NCBI GenBank assembly: GCA_040755855.1
Contig: JBFMAD010000001.1
Span: 128,001 to 192,000, forward strand
Length of the DNA stretch: 64,000 bases
Reading direction: 5' to 3'
Source: Planctomycetota bacterium
GTDB lineage: Bacteria > Planctomycetota > Brocadiia > JAADGH01
Shown here piece by piece: positions 1 through 9,466 of the stretch. The notes under the pieces are model-generated. The model worked only from the letters and a program-made list of their open reading frames with translations. It was not told the DNA's origin and did not search any database. A program made the position numbers and the translations under genes. Every line of letters starts with the position of its first letter. Within the stretch, counting starts at the first letter, position 1.

Positions 1-681
1 GACGTCATATTCTTTTTTCCCCTTGGTCTTTTTGTCCAGGTATTCATCAAGTGTTTGTATCTGTACTGCAATGTTGCATACAAGTTTTCCCGCTCCTTCA
101 GGAAACGATTCAGTAACTCTATCCTGGCTGCTACTTCTTGCCCAGGAGACTTTGATTCCTTCCGCCCACGTATCAAATTTACGAACCTTTCTTCCACCTT
201 CATCAATATAGATTTTTTCTTGCGGTGCGTCATTTGGGGCATTACAGCGCCAAGGAGATTTGATTATTGGAGAGTAGTCACACTGTTTTTCATACTTAGT
301 CATGTGAAGGTGAGCCACAATCAGAACTGGATCTTTGTTCAATTCCTCTCCAATTTCCAGGATTCTCTTGGGTAGGTCCGGCTCGTCATCCAGAATCTGG
401 CTTTTGAATCCTTTCATATCCCACCTGATAAACTCCTCACTGACAGTCCTGTCCTTATTGGGATCATAGGCGAAGATAGCCTTTTCCGGGTCTCGATAAT
501 CCTTCCATTTCAACCCCGTCTTCTTTTTCTTTTCTTGCGCAAGGACGACATCTGAAAGCGCGGACAGCCAGCACATCGCAGGAAGTAACCCGCAAAGCAC
601 GAAAGCAACGGCCAACGCTACGCGCACAAATCCCGCACGACGCCCTTTCCCACATCCCGAAGACCGAAAACATCCAGCCAT
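1..681 (-). CDS. Secreted hypothetical protein, 3' end runs off the window (not in ORF track)
   Basis: Open frame from ATG 681 (SD GGAGGG) to base 1 with no stop: MAGCFRSSGCGKGRRAGFVRVALAVAFVLCGLLPAMCWLSALSDVVLA-QEKKKK...; basic N-region, hydrophobic core, VLA cleavage site; visibly more AT-rich than neighbours. Confidence 0.75.
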   Translation of the reverse strand, partial: MAGCFRSSGCGKGRRAGFVRVALAVAFVLCGLLPAMCWLSALSDVVLAQEKKKKTGLKWKDYRDPEKAIFAYDPNKDRTVSEEFIRWDMKGFKSQILDDEPDLPKRILEIGEELNKDPVLIVAHLHMTKYEKQCDYSPIIKSPWRCNAPNDAPQEKIYIDEGGRKVRKFDTWAEGIKVSWARSSSQDRVTESFPEGAGKLVCNIAVQIQTLDEYLDKKTKGKKEYDV

Positions 682-715
682 GACGTCCCTCCTTCCTTGC
701 CAATTTAGACCAAAC

Positions 716-745
716 AAAAAGGGAGCAGCCGCAACGTCCACTCCC
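716..745 (-). terminator. Intrinsic-terminator-like hairpin inside the 5' leader of the 1..681 gene
   Basis: Minus-strand GGGAGUGG...CUGCUCCC-UUUUU; G-U pairs favour folding on the minus strand. Confidence 0.6.
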
Positions 746-856
746 CTGACTGGGCCTGCAAGAGCCCTGGCATGAAAGTAGCACGTCCAGCCGCTCCCCG
801 GATGGGGAGCGATGCCAGACGCCGATCATGCCAATGATTTCTTGCAGTTCAGTCAG
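746..856 (-). ncRNA. Long rod-shaped structured RNA element (candidate cis-regulatory leader or sRNA)
   Basis: Five nested helices: CUGACUG/CAGUCAG, CUGCAAGA/UCUUGCAG, UGGCAUGA/UCAUGCCA, CGUCUGGC/GCUGGACG, CGCUCCCC/GGGGAGCG. Confidence 0.5.
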
Positions 857-990
857 AGACGGCGCTCGGCAATCACTCCGAGTATGTTATGAAAACCCTA
901 CCTTTTCCTGATACATTACCTCCTATCAAGACATGGCCGCCGTGATGGACAGAACCATCCCCACAGCCTACTTCTCATGAGATGAGAGCT

Positions 991-1019
991 ATTGTACAAC
1001 CCCCTCGTACGTGTGTCAA
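991..1019 (-). promoter_or_regulatory. sigma70-type promoter
   Basis: TTGACA-17 bp-TACAAT on the minus strand. Confidence 0.7.
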
Positions 1020-1125
1020 TACTCATGAACGAGGCAGGTGCATGTAACTTCTATCGCTGATCTTCTCCCATTGTCCGCGGGGGAGAGGGGGGTGTGTTTG
1101 CGAATGATACTATGTCACTTCCATG

Positions 1126-2715
1126 TCACTTCCCGAACCGCTTCTCGCGGAGCGAGGCGTGTCGCTTCTCAATCGCGTCGCACGCCTCGCGGTAGAGGCC
1201 GGACTTGACGGCGATCTCGTCGCCGAACTCCATGTATTGATCCGTCTCGGCCCGATACGCGGGCCACTCGGGGATGCCCGCGCCGTTCGGGTCGCCGGTC
1301 GCAGCGAAGCGGACCCAGCAGGCGCTCATCGCATCGGCCAACTTCCGGTCCGCGGCGTTGAAGGCGGGACCGGTGGTCACATTCCCGAAGACATACAGAA
1401 CCTCCAGCGCATGAAAGCACCCGAGCTGCTGCGACTTCGGCGACGGCGGCACGCGGGTGAAGTGGTAGAGGTAAGCCGTCCCCCCCATCCGCTCCATGGC
1501 CCGCACGAGGGACCGCGCCGGGACGACAAAACATGCCACGGTGGTCGCTCGGTTGAGCGCCCCCGGAATCTCCTCCGCCTTCGACGCGGGGAACAGCCGC
1601 AGCATATCATCCGCCTGCTCCGCGAAAAGGATGCGCATAAACCAGCGATACCCCGCGACCTGCTTCACGGGGACCTGTTGGAGGAAGATCGTCCCTTCGT
1701 CGGCGTTCGTGCCCGTCATGAACGGGACGTTGTGCTGCTTGCCTTCATCAAAGAGCAAGGAGGGATCGTCGGGGAGCGCCCAGCCGTCAATGACCGGGCC
1801 GAACTTGAACCCCTTGCCAAATAGCCCCTGAGCCGCGTTGGAGGCGTTCAGGATTTCATCGCTGCTCTTCTGTCGCAGCGCGGCGATGGGATTCTCCGCG
1901 GTGTCGCATCCAAGCGTTCGGGCGATCCGCTCGCCCTCCTTCTCCATCGGCTCCAGTCCATACCAGCGTTCGCGGAGGTGGCGGTTGCGCCCGTGCGCCC
2001 CGCCGCTCTCAGCGATGGCGCGATGGAACAGGCCCTTCGCCAACGGCGATACCATGAGGCGGCAGACGCTCGCCGAGCCGGCCGACTCGCCGAAGATCGT
2101 CACGCACCCCGGATCGCCGCCGAAGGCCGCGATGTTCTCCTGCACCCATTTTAGCGCCGCGATCTGGTCCAACATGCCGTAGTTGCCGGAGACGTTGCGC
2201 TCGGACTCCTTCGACAGCAATGGGTGGGCGAGATAGCCGAACGGACCGAGCCGGTAGTTGATCGTCACCACGACCACTCCTTGCCGGGCGAGGGCGCTGC
2301 CCTCGTACCACGGGCCAGACCCCGAGCCGGTGGTGAAGCCGCCGCCGTGAATCCACACCATGACGGGCAATTTCCTATCGCCTCGGTTCGCCGGCGTCCA
2401 GACGTTCAGGTAGAGGCAGTCCTCGCTCGACTTCACCGGCGGCGGGCCCATGAGCGGGGTCGGTTGGGGGCAGGACGGGCCGTATTGGATGCACTCGCGC
2501 ACACCCTCCCAGGGGACGACGGGCTGCGGCGGCTTCCACCGGAGGTCCCCGACGGGCGGGGCAGCGAAGGGGATGCCGCGGTAGATGCGGACGCCGTTAC
2601 GTTCCTCGCCGGTGATAAGTCCGCCAGTTATGCGGATGGGTTCTTCCGCCAAGCTCGATCCCTGTGCGGCGAGAATAAGAAAGGCAAGGGTGAGCGAGAC
2701 AACGGTCTTCTTCAT
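1126..2715 (-). CDS. Secreted type-B carboxylesterase (p-nitrobenzyl esterase/COesterase family)
   Basis: Signal peptide; GIPFAAPPVGDLRW, SEDCLYLNVW, HGGG oxyanion hole, GESAG nucleophile, catalytic E and H. Confidence 0.95.
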   Translation of the reverse strand: MKKTVVSLTLAFLILAAQGSSLAEEPIRITGGLITGEERNGVRIYRGIPFAAPPVGDLRWKPPQPVVPWEGVRECIQYGPSCPQPTPLMGPPPVKSSEDCLYLNVWTPANRGDRKLPVMVWIHGGGFTTGSGSGPWYEGSALARQGVVVVTINYRLGPFGYLAHPLLSKESERNVSGNYGMLDQIAALKWVQENIAAFGGDPGCVTIFGESAGSASVCRLMVSPLAKGLFHRAIAESGGAHGRNRHLRERWYGLEPMEKEGERIARTLGCDTAENPIAALRQKSSDEILNASNAAQGLFGKGFKFGPVIDGWALPDDPSLLFDEGKQHNVPFMTGTNADEGTIFLQQVPVKQVAGYRWFMRILFAEQADDMLRLFPASKAEEIPGALNRATTVACFVVPARSLVRAMERMGGTAYLYHFTRVPPSPKSQQLGCFHALEVLYVFGNVTTGPAFNAADRKLADAMSACWVRFAATGDPNGAGIPEWPAYRAETDQYMEFGDEIAVKSGLYREACDAIEKRHASLREKRFGK

Positions 2716-2973
2716 GGGGGCCTTTCAGCAGTTTCCTGCAAACTCGAATATATATCTCCTTCCTCTTACCACTATTACACGCGACGGTGATAAAATGTTA
2801 CGGAAAACGGTATTAAGACAAGCATTAACCTGTCAGGAATGAAATGTCTGATTTAGCCAGGACCCGAAAAGGCTCCTGCCCCCCCCTCTTCTCGATTGTC
2901 CCAAACACAGATTGCATCTGATGATATGACTCCAACGCATTATATTTTAGGGAAATTCCTCGAAAGAAAAGGA

Positions 2974-3003
2974 TTGACGGAGGGGTGGTATGGATGTTAT
3001 AAT
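2974..3003 (+). promoter_or_regulatory. sigma70-type promoter with extended -10
   Basis: TTGACG-18 bp-TATAAT with TG at -15/-14. Confidence 0.55.
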
Positions 3004-3152
3004 AGAAACTTAAAAGGGGGCCAAAGGGGCTTGTCTCCAACCCACACAGAATTTGCGCCCGTTTTCGCTGGAAAGCGGGATTAGTCATTAGTAAACGGCC
3101 TCAATCCAATCGTCAACCGGGCGAAATCGCTCCTGTTTTTCGAGCATAAGGA

Positions 3153-3515
3153 ATGGCCAAGACTGAACGCATTACGGTGTGGGTGGTGTCCCTGCCCAAC
3201 GGCAAGAAGGTGGAGATAGACCCGGAAGTGGCGCGTCGCTATTTTCGGTCTGACATCGAAACCACCCCTTTTTCCCACCTCCACGTAGAGCCGATCGTCA
3301 AGACCGTGAGCGTAAAGGCCGTCCCCGCCCCAAAATCCACCGCCTCCCCAAACAGGAGAGGGCGCGTGATGCGTTCGGCAAACATAGCCGCCCGGGCGAG
3401 GGGCCGCGCAAATAGGAATACCCTGACGAGAAAGAAGGCGGGCAATCCCCCACGCAAGGCGCGCGCCAGGACTAGATCAAAGATCACAACGAGGGGCCAG
3501 AAGGTCAGGAGATAG
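3153..3515 (+). CDS. Small basic hypothetical protein with Arg/Lys/Ala-rich tail
   Basis: 120-aa ORF downstream of a good promoter; C-terminal half strongly basic. Confidence 0.55.
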   Translation: MAKTERITVWVVSLPNGKKVEIDPEVARRYFRSDIETTPFSHLHVEPIVKTVSVKAVPAPKSTASPNRRGRVMRSANIAARARGRANRNTLTRKKAGNPPRKARARTRSKITTRGQKVRR

Positions 3516-3547
3516 TCCCCCGAAAAGTGCTCAATTTGAGCAAGGAA

Positions 3548-4333
3548 TCACGTTCCCCTTCTCAGTTCCTTCTCGATGAATTCGCGCGCTGTCGTTAACG
3601 CCTCGACGACAAACTCATAACCCTTCCGACCAAATGAATCTGGCGACGCCTCCAGTGTGACGAACGCCGCCACTCCTTCCGCCCCTACCAAACGAAGAAG
3701 CCCCCGCAAGGGCAGTTCGCCCCTGCCCGGCAGCAGGTGCTGATAACCTGCGATATAGTCGCTGACATGAATGTTGGCGACATTGGCTTGGAAGAGACGA
3801 TAGCCGGAAAAGATATCCCTGCCCCAGGTGGCAAAGTGCGAGACATCGTAGGTCATTTTCAGACCGTTCGCGCCCGCAAAGTCGTTCAGGGCCTCATGGT
3901 CGTGGATTACAGGGGCCTCATCCGGGTCGAAGATGTCTATCCCCCGCGGCATGTTTTCGGTGGACAAGATGATGTCCCCAGCCCGCTCGGCCAGATGTCG
4001 GACCTCCTCGGGCCGACGGATCAGGCCGAAGGGGTGGAGATTCACCAAAACAGCGTTGACGCGCCGGGCGGTCTCGATCGCGCGATCAATTTCCCGCACA
4101 TAGTCGTCGGTCAATCCCGACGCGGCAAAGAAAGGGGCGTGGACGCAGCGAATGGAGACATTGTGCGTTTCGGACAGCGAAGCGAATTGAGCGTCGGGGA
4201 CATGCTCCAGCTCCGGCCCGAGCATGAGTTCGACCCCGTCAAAGCCGCTTTCCTTTGCGGCGCGGAATTGATCCGCCAGGGGTAGGTGGAATATCGAACC
4301 CGTCGAGAGCAGGATTGTTATCTTTCCGGACAT
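3548..4333 (-). CDS. Sugar phosphate isomerase/epimerase (xylose isomerase-like TIM barrel)
   Basis: GFDGVEL, CVHAPF, STENMP, YDVSH, IHVSD, H-LLPGRG and TLE metal-binding motifs; true start MSGKITI at 4333. Confidence 0.9.
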   Translation of the reverse strand: MSGKITILLSTGSIFHLPLADQFRAAKESGFDGVELMLGPELEHVPDAQFASLSETHNVSIRCVHAPFFAASGLTDDYVREIDRAIETARRVNAVLVNLHPFGLIRRPEEVRHLAERAGDIILSTENMPRGIDIFDPDEAPVIHDHEALNDFAGANGLKMTYDVSHFATWGRDIFSGYRLFQANVANIHVSDYIAGYQHLLPGRGELPLRGLLRLVGAEGVAAFVTLEASPDSFGRKGYEFVVEALTTAREFIEKELRRGT

Positions 4334-4543
4334 GCCCCGATAATACCGGATGCCAAAGGCGTCCACAAAGAAAAACATGGCCTTTTCTTTTCGATCACGG
4401 CGCGTAAAATACTTGAAAATCGCCGCCAGCCGTGGTAAATTTGGAAAATTAGGACACAGGACACGCATTTCCCTGCGGTCGCCTTGACCCGGAATCCTCG
4501 ATTCACTCTCGGAAGAAACACAGGGCTGTAAGGAGGGGTCGCC

Positions 4544-4807
4544 ATGAGATATGGCCGATGGATCGCGCTCGGATTGTTTCTCTCGTCTCTCGCCATCGGA
4601 ACCGTCGGGTGCGGGGTTGATAGATATGACTGGCGCTTCGGCCTCGGCACCGATGCGCAAGACGGCGTCACCACCGAGGCCGACGTGGACCGGGTGAAGG
4701 ACGGCGTCCTCCCGGCCGAACCCGAGGAACCGGAAAAGAAGAAGGGTGAAGGCGCCGCGCCAAAAGCACCCGAGGAGCCGAAAGCGCCGGAGGAAAAGAA
4801 ACCATAG
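4544..4807 (+). CDS. Small putative lipoprotein with PEEPK-like repeats
   Basis: SD AGGAGG, signal peptide ending TVG-C, Pro/Glu/Lys-rich tail. Confidence 0.7.
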   Translation: MRYGRWIALGLFLSSLAIGTVGCGVDRYDWRFGLGTDAQDGVTTEADVDRVKDGVLPAEPEEPEKKKGEGAAPKAPEEPKAPEEKKP

Positions 4808-4852
4808 CGTAGAAGAGACGTCATTCTTTCTGGCCGCAGCAAGGAGCACGCG

Positions 4853-6472
4853 ATGACCCATCTCACCAGACGCCCCGAGTGGAAGGCGCTCTGCGAACAC
4901 AAAAACGAGATGGAATCGCTTCACCTCCGCGACCTGTTCCGCAACGATCCCAAGCGCGCGGAAACCTTCACCATCGAGGACTGCGGCATCCTCCTGGACT
5001 ACTCCAAGAACCGCATCACCGCCGCGACAATGGCGAAACTGATCGCCCTCGCCGAGGCCGTCGGCCTGCAGAACGCCATCGAGCGCATGTTCACCGGCGA
5101 AAAGATCAACGTCACCGAGGACCGCGCCGTCCTCCACATCGCCCTCCGAAACCGGTTCGGCGACCCGATCTACATGGACGGCAAGGACGTCATGCCGGAG
5201 GTCCGGGCCGTGCTGGACAAGATGGCCGCCTTCGCCTCAAAGATCCGCACAGGCGAGTGGACCGGCCACACGGGCAAGCGAATCCGCAATATCGTCAACA
5301 TCGGCATCGGTGGGTCGGACCTCGGGCCGGTCATGGCCTATGAGGCCCTCAAGCCCTACGCCGACCGCAGCCTGACCGTCCGGTTCGTCTCCAACATTGA
5401 TGGGACGCACCTTGCCGAGGCCACGCGCGACCTCGACCCCGCCGAGACGATCTTCATCGTCGCCAGCAAGACGTTCACGACGCAGGAGACCATGACCAAT
5501 GCGCACTCGGCGCGCGATTGGCTCCTCGCCGCCCTCAGCGACAAGGCCGCCGTGGCGAGGCATTTCGTCGCCCTCTCGACCAACAAAAAGGGCGTCGAGG
5601 AGTTCGGCATTGACGCCGCCAATATGTTCGAGTTCTGGGACTGGGTTGGGGGGCGGTACAGCCTGCCGTCGGCCATCGGCCTGTCGCTCATGGTCGCCAT
5701 CGGGCCGGAGAATTTCTTCCGCATGTTGGACGGCTATCATGCCATGGATCGGCACTTCCGCGCCGCGCCTTTTGAGCGGAACATGCCGGTCGTCCTGGCC
5801 CTGCTCGGCGTCTGGTACAACAACTTCTTCGGGGCGGAGAGCCATGCCATCCTGCCGTACGACCAATATCTCCACCGTTTCGCCGCCTACTTCCAGCAGG
5901 GGGATATGGAGTCGAACGGGAAATCAACCCAATTGGACGGCTCGCCCACGGCGTGGCAGACGGGGCCGATCGTCTGGGGCGAACCCGGCACAAACGGGCA
6001 GCACGCCTTCTACCAGCTCCTGCACCAAGGCACGAAACTCGTGCCGTGCGATTTCATCGCATTTGCGAAGAGTCATAATCCCATCGGCGACCATCACGCA
6101 AAACTCATCGCCAATGTCTTCGCGCAGACGGAGGCGCTGGCCTTCGGCAAGACCGAGGAGGAAGTGCGGGCGGAGGGCGTCCCCGACGGCCTGGTCCCCC
6201 ACAAGGTCTTCGCCGGCAATCGTCCAACGAACACGATCCTTGCCGAGGTCCTCGACCCCGAGACACTCGGCAAGTTAATCGCCCTCTATGAACACAAGAT
6301 TTTCGTCCAGGGGATTATCTGGAACGTCAATAGTTTCGATCAGATGGGCGTCGAGCTGGGCAAGCTTCTGGCCAAACGCATCCTCCCGGAGGTCGAATCC
6401 AAAGCGGAGCCGAAGCTCATGCACGACAGCTCGACCAACCATCTGATCCGGTGGTTCCGAAGGCATAGGTAG
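4853..6472 (+). CDS. pgi: Glucose-6-phosphate isomerase
   Basis: [61 protein letters not shown]. Confidence 0.99.
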   Translation: MTHLTRRPEWKALCEHKNEMESLHLRDLFRNDPKRAETFTIEDCGILLDYSKNRITAATMAKLIALAEAVGLQNAIERMFTGEKINVTEDRAVLHIALRNRFGDPIYMDGKDVMPEVRAVLDKMAAFASKIRTGEWTGHTGKRIRNIVNIGIGGSDLGPVMAYEALKPYADRSLTVRFVSNIDGTHLAEATRDLDPAETIFIVASKTFTTQETMTNAHSARDWLLAALSDKAAVARHFVALSTNKKGVEEFGIDAANMFEFWDWVGGRYSLPSAIGLSLMVAIGPENFFRMLDGYHAMDRHFRAAPFERNMPVVLALLGVWYNNFFGAESHAILPYDQYLHRFAAYFQQGDMESNGKSTQLDGSPTAWQTGPIVWGEPGTNGQHAFYQLLHQGTKLVPCDFIAFAKSHNPIGDHHAKLIANVFAQTEALAFGKTEEEVRAEGVPDGLVPHKVFAGNRPTNTILAEVLDPETLGKLIALYEHKIFVQGIIWNVNSFDQMGVELGKLLAKRILPEVESKAEPKLMHDSSTNHLIRWFRRHR

Positions 6473-6494
6473 CCTCGGATTTTGCGCATATAAA

Positions 6495-6588
6495 TCCCCC
6501 TCTCCGCGCGCAGAGGGGGATGGGGTGAGGTAGAAGCGCGCTGCTTCGTCAAGCCCTCACCCCTTATCCTCTCAAGGCGAGAGGAGAA
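6495..6588. repeat. REP/REPIN-like palindromic pair
   Basis: CCCCCTCT...AGAGGGGG, then GGGGTGAGG/CCTCACCCC, then TCCTCTC...GAGAGGA; a degenerate relative occurs at ~1064-1092. Confidence 0.55.
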
Positions 6589-6692
6589 AGAAGGAGGATG
6601 GTCAAGGTGATGGATAATCGAGAGGGATATTATTGTCTCAATCAGGCCTATGACTAATTTGAGGTAGAAACACAGCCGCGGGAGATTGCGCC

Positions 6693-7634
6693 ATGACTAA
6701 GACGGACCTTGTATCGAAATTCATGGGCGGGATGATCGGGAGCGCGGTGGGCGACGCCATCGGCGAGATAGCCTTTCAGCATCGCAGCGCAGACGCCCTT
6801 CTCCGCGAAGTGCAGCAGACGCGCCCGCTCATCTATACCGATGACACGGCAATGGCCATCGGCATCGCGGAGTCGCTCATCGAGCGGGGCGAGCTGGACC
6901 ATCAGCATCTGGGCGATACGCTGCGGCGCAACTACGAGCGCGAGCCGTGGCGGGGCTACGCCATGAATCCCCCAACGATCTTCAACATCTGCCGGCAGAC
7001 GGGCGTCTCCTATCTTCAGGCGGCCCGGAGCGCCTTCGGGGGGATAGGATCCTATGGAAATGGCGCCGCCATGCGCATCACGCCGATCGGGTTGTTTTAC
7101 TATGACGCCGAGGACATCCGCCCCCCCGCCGCCGCCTCAGCACAGGTTACGCACACCCATCCCCTGGGCATCGAGGGGGCTGTGCTGTTGGCCTGCGCCA
7201 TCGCCCAGGCGGTGCGGCTGGACCCGGAAAAGGACTTTCCCGAAAAGGACTTCCTCTGGCGCCTGCGGGATATCGCCGAGACGCCGGAATTTGAGAGCAA
7301 GATCGCCCTCATGGAGGACCTGCTTGCCGACCGGGCCGATGCGGCGACGGCGGCGCGGGAGCTGGGGACGGACGTCACGGCCGTCGGCTCGGTGCCGTTT
7401 GCGATCTATTCCTTTTTGATGCATCCGAAGTCGTTCAAGGACTGTCTGCTGCACGCCGTGGTTGTGCCGGGCGACAGCGATACCCTTGGCGCAATGGCCT
7501 GCGCCATCTCGGGGGCCTACCTCGGCATCGAGGCCGTCCCGCAGGACTGGGTGGACCGCCTGGAGAACCGGGAGCATATCGAGACGCTGGCGAGACGTCT
7601 GGCGGAGATAAAGAAAGAAGAAGCGGGAATGTAA
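6693..7634 (+). CDS. ADP-ribosylglycohydrolase family protein (DraG/ARH3-like)
   Basis: AVGDAIG, YTDDT, GNGAAMR, TH, GDSDT Mg-binding motifs. Confidence 0.93.
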   Translation: MTKTDLVSKFMGGMIGSAVGDAIGEIAFQHRSADALLREVQQTRPLIYTDDTAMAIGIAESLIERGELDHQHLGDTLRRNYEREPWRGYAMNPPTIFNICRQTGVSYLQAARSAFGGIGSYGNGAAMRITPIGLFYYDAEDIRPPAAASAQVTHTHPLGIEGAVLLACAIAQAVRLDPEKDFPEKDFLWRLRDIAETPEFESKIALMEDLLADRADAATAARELGTDVTAVGSVPFAIYSFLMHPKSFKDCLLHAVVVPGDSDTLGAMACAISGAYLGIEAVPQDWVDRLENREHIETLARRLAEIKKEEAGM

Positions 7635-7661
7635 CAAGTTTGTAACATCCTCTCCATACGG

Positions 7662-7690
7662 TTGACAAAAAGGAGGAGACGGGGTAAACT
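7662..7690 (+). promoter_or_regulatory. sigma70-type promoter of the ABC operon
   Basis: TTGACA-17 bp-TAAACT, preceded by TGTAACA direct repeats at 7630 and 7641. Confidence 0.6.
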
Positions 7691-7754
7691 TCTCCTGACG
7701 ACGAACCCACATGCAGGACCGGCCGGATTTTCCTCGAATAGGAGTCGCTGAAGT

Positions 7755-8687
7755 ATGTCCTCGATTGTCATCGAAGGGCTGGGCATGATCTACAGGACGG
7801 GCTTCTGGGGCCGCAAGAAAGCGGCGCTGAAGGACCTGGACCTGACCATCGAGCCGAACGAGATATTCGGCTACGTCGGCCCGAACGGCGCCGGCAAGAC
7901 CACCACGATCAAGATTCTCGTCGGCCTGCAACGGCAGACCTCCGGCCGGGCTTCGATCCTCGGCAAGGACATTAGCGACGTGGAGGCCCGCCGAAAGATC
8001 GGCTACATGCCCGAAAACCCTTATTTCTACGAGTATCTGACCACCGAGGAATCGCTCCACTTCTACGGCAAGCTGTGCGGCATGACCCGCGAGGAGCGGC
8101 GCAGGCGCGTACCGGAGATGATCGAGTATATGGACATCCCGGACATCGCTAAGCTGCGCGTGGGGGCATTCTCCAAGGGCATGCGCCAGCGCCTCGGCCT
8201 GGCCCAAGCCATGATCCACGACCCGGAGATGGTGATCCTGGACGAGCCCCTCCACGGCCTCGACCCCGTCGGGCGGCGGCAGCTCCGCGAGAAGATCGTC
8301 AGCCTGAAGGAGCGGGGAAAGACGGTCTTCTTCAGCTCCCATATCCTAAGCGACGTGGAGCAGATCTGCGACCGGGTGGGCATGTTGTTCCATGGCGAGT
8401 TGGTGGAGGTGGGCGCCATCGAATCGCTTCTCGAGTCGCACGTCCGCTCGATCGAAATCTCTGCCCGCAACCTCTCCGGCCCCGCCGTCGAGACATTGAA
8501 GCAGACGGCGGATAAGTTTGCCGAGCGGGATTCGGTGTATTACTGTTCGGTCCGCGACCAGGAGAAGGGCCGGGAAGTGGTGAAGCTCATCCACGAGGCC
8601 GGGGGGGAACTGCTCTCCTACGTCCCCCAGCGGGAGTCGCTCGAGGATTACTTCATGGCGCGCTCGAAGGAAGGAGGCCGGAAGTGA
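7755..8687 (+). CDS. ABC transporter ATP-binding protein (ABC-2 type, PilH/XapD-like)
   Basis: GPNGAGKTT Walker A, FSKGMRQ signature, ILDEP Walker B, SSH switch. Confidence 0.95.
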   Translation: MSSIVIEGLGMIYRTGFWGRKKAALKDLDLTIEPNEIFGYVGPNGAGKTTTIKILVGLQRQTSGRASILGKDISDVEARRKIGYMPENPYFYEYLTTEESLHFYGKLCGMTREERRRRVPEMIEYMDIPDIAKLRVGAFSKGMRQRLGLAQAMIHDPEMVILDEPLHGLDPVGRRQLREKIVSLKERGKTVFFSSHILSDVEQICDRVGMLFHGELVEVGAIESLLESHVRSIEISARNLSGPAVETLKQTADKFAERDSVYYCSVRDQEKGREVVKLIHEAGGELLSYVPQRESLEDYFMARSKEGGRK

Positions 8688-9454
8688 ACATCCTTACGAT
8701 TGCGGGAAACACCTTCAAGGAATCGGCCCGCGACCGGATCTTCTACGTGCTCCTGGTCTTTGCCATCGTTATGCTGCTGTGTTCGAAGGCCATCGGCTGG
8801 ATCGGCCTGGACGAGGTGAAGATCACGCAGGACTTCAGCCTGACTACCATCTGGTTCTTCGGCGTCATCATCGCCATCTACGTCGGGACGGGACTGGTCT
8901 ACAAGGAGATTGACAAGAAGACGATCTACACGGTCCTCTCGAAGCCGGTCGAAAAATATGAGTTCATCCTCGGCAAGTACATCGGCCTGCTCCTGATGCT
9001 CTTCGTCAACATCCTGATCATGTGCGCGATCTTCCTGGCATACCACTGGCTCACCCTCGGTCGTCCGAGCCTTCGGCTGCCTCTGGCGGTTTTCCTGATC
9101 TACCTGGAGCTGGTCTTCATCACGGCGATGGCCATGATGTTCGGCTCGATGGCGTCGCCGATCCTGAGCGCCGTGTTCACCTTCTGCATGTTCGTAGCCG
9201 GACACTGCAGCGACGCCTACATGCTCCTGGCCGAGCGCGCCCAGAAATTTCATCAACCCGTCTCCGGCAATCTCTTCCGATTTTTCTATTGGGTCATGCC
9301 GAACCTGACTTTCTTCGACATCAAGAGCCGGGCCGTGCAGCCGACGTTGCCGCTGGTTGCAAAGGATATTGTCCTACCCATCGGATACTGCGTGATCTAC
9401 TCCGCGATCCTGATCACAATCTCATTGTTCTTCTTCAAACGAAGGAACTTCTGA
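8684..9454 (+). CDS. ABC-2 permease (PilI/XapB-like)
   Basis: Multiple TM helices, KEIDKKTIYTVLSKPV...FILGKYIG motif; GTGA overlap with the ATPase gene. Confidence 0.9.
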   Translation: MNILTIAGNTFKESARDRIFYVLLVFAIVMLLCSKAIGWIGLDEVKITQDFSLTTIWFFGVIIAIYVGTGLVYKEIDKKTIYTVLSKPVEKYEFILGKYIGLLLMLFVNILIMCAIFLAYHWLTLGRPSLRLPLAVFLIYLELVFITAMAMMFGSMASPILSAVFTFCMFVAGHCSDAYMLLAERAQKFHQPVSGNLFRFFYWVMPNLTFFDIKSRAVQPTLPLVAKDIVLPIGYCVIYSAILITISLFFFKRRNF

Positions 9455-9466
9455 AGGAGAACAAGG

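Noticed and set aside
887..916. 9-codon leader peptide MYQEKVGFS after AGGAGG (minus strand)
   Set aside because: SD-ATG spacing is only ~2 nt and there is no regulatory codon run; not supportable
3014..3150. Possible tmRNA, RNase P or SRP RNA
   Set aside because: It lacks GATTCGAC and a tRNA-like 3' end, GAGGAAAGTCC, and the SRP GGAAG motif context
4334..5137. N-terminal extension making the isomerase 529 aa
   Set aside because: It overlaps pgi and the lipoprotein on the opposite strand; family motifs begin at Met 4333
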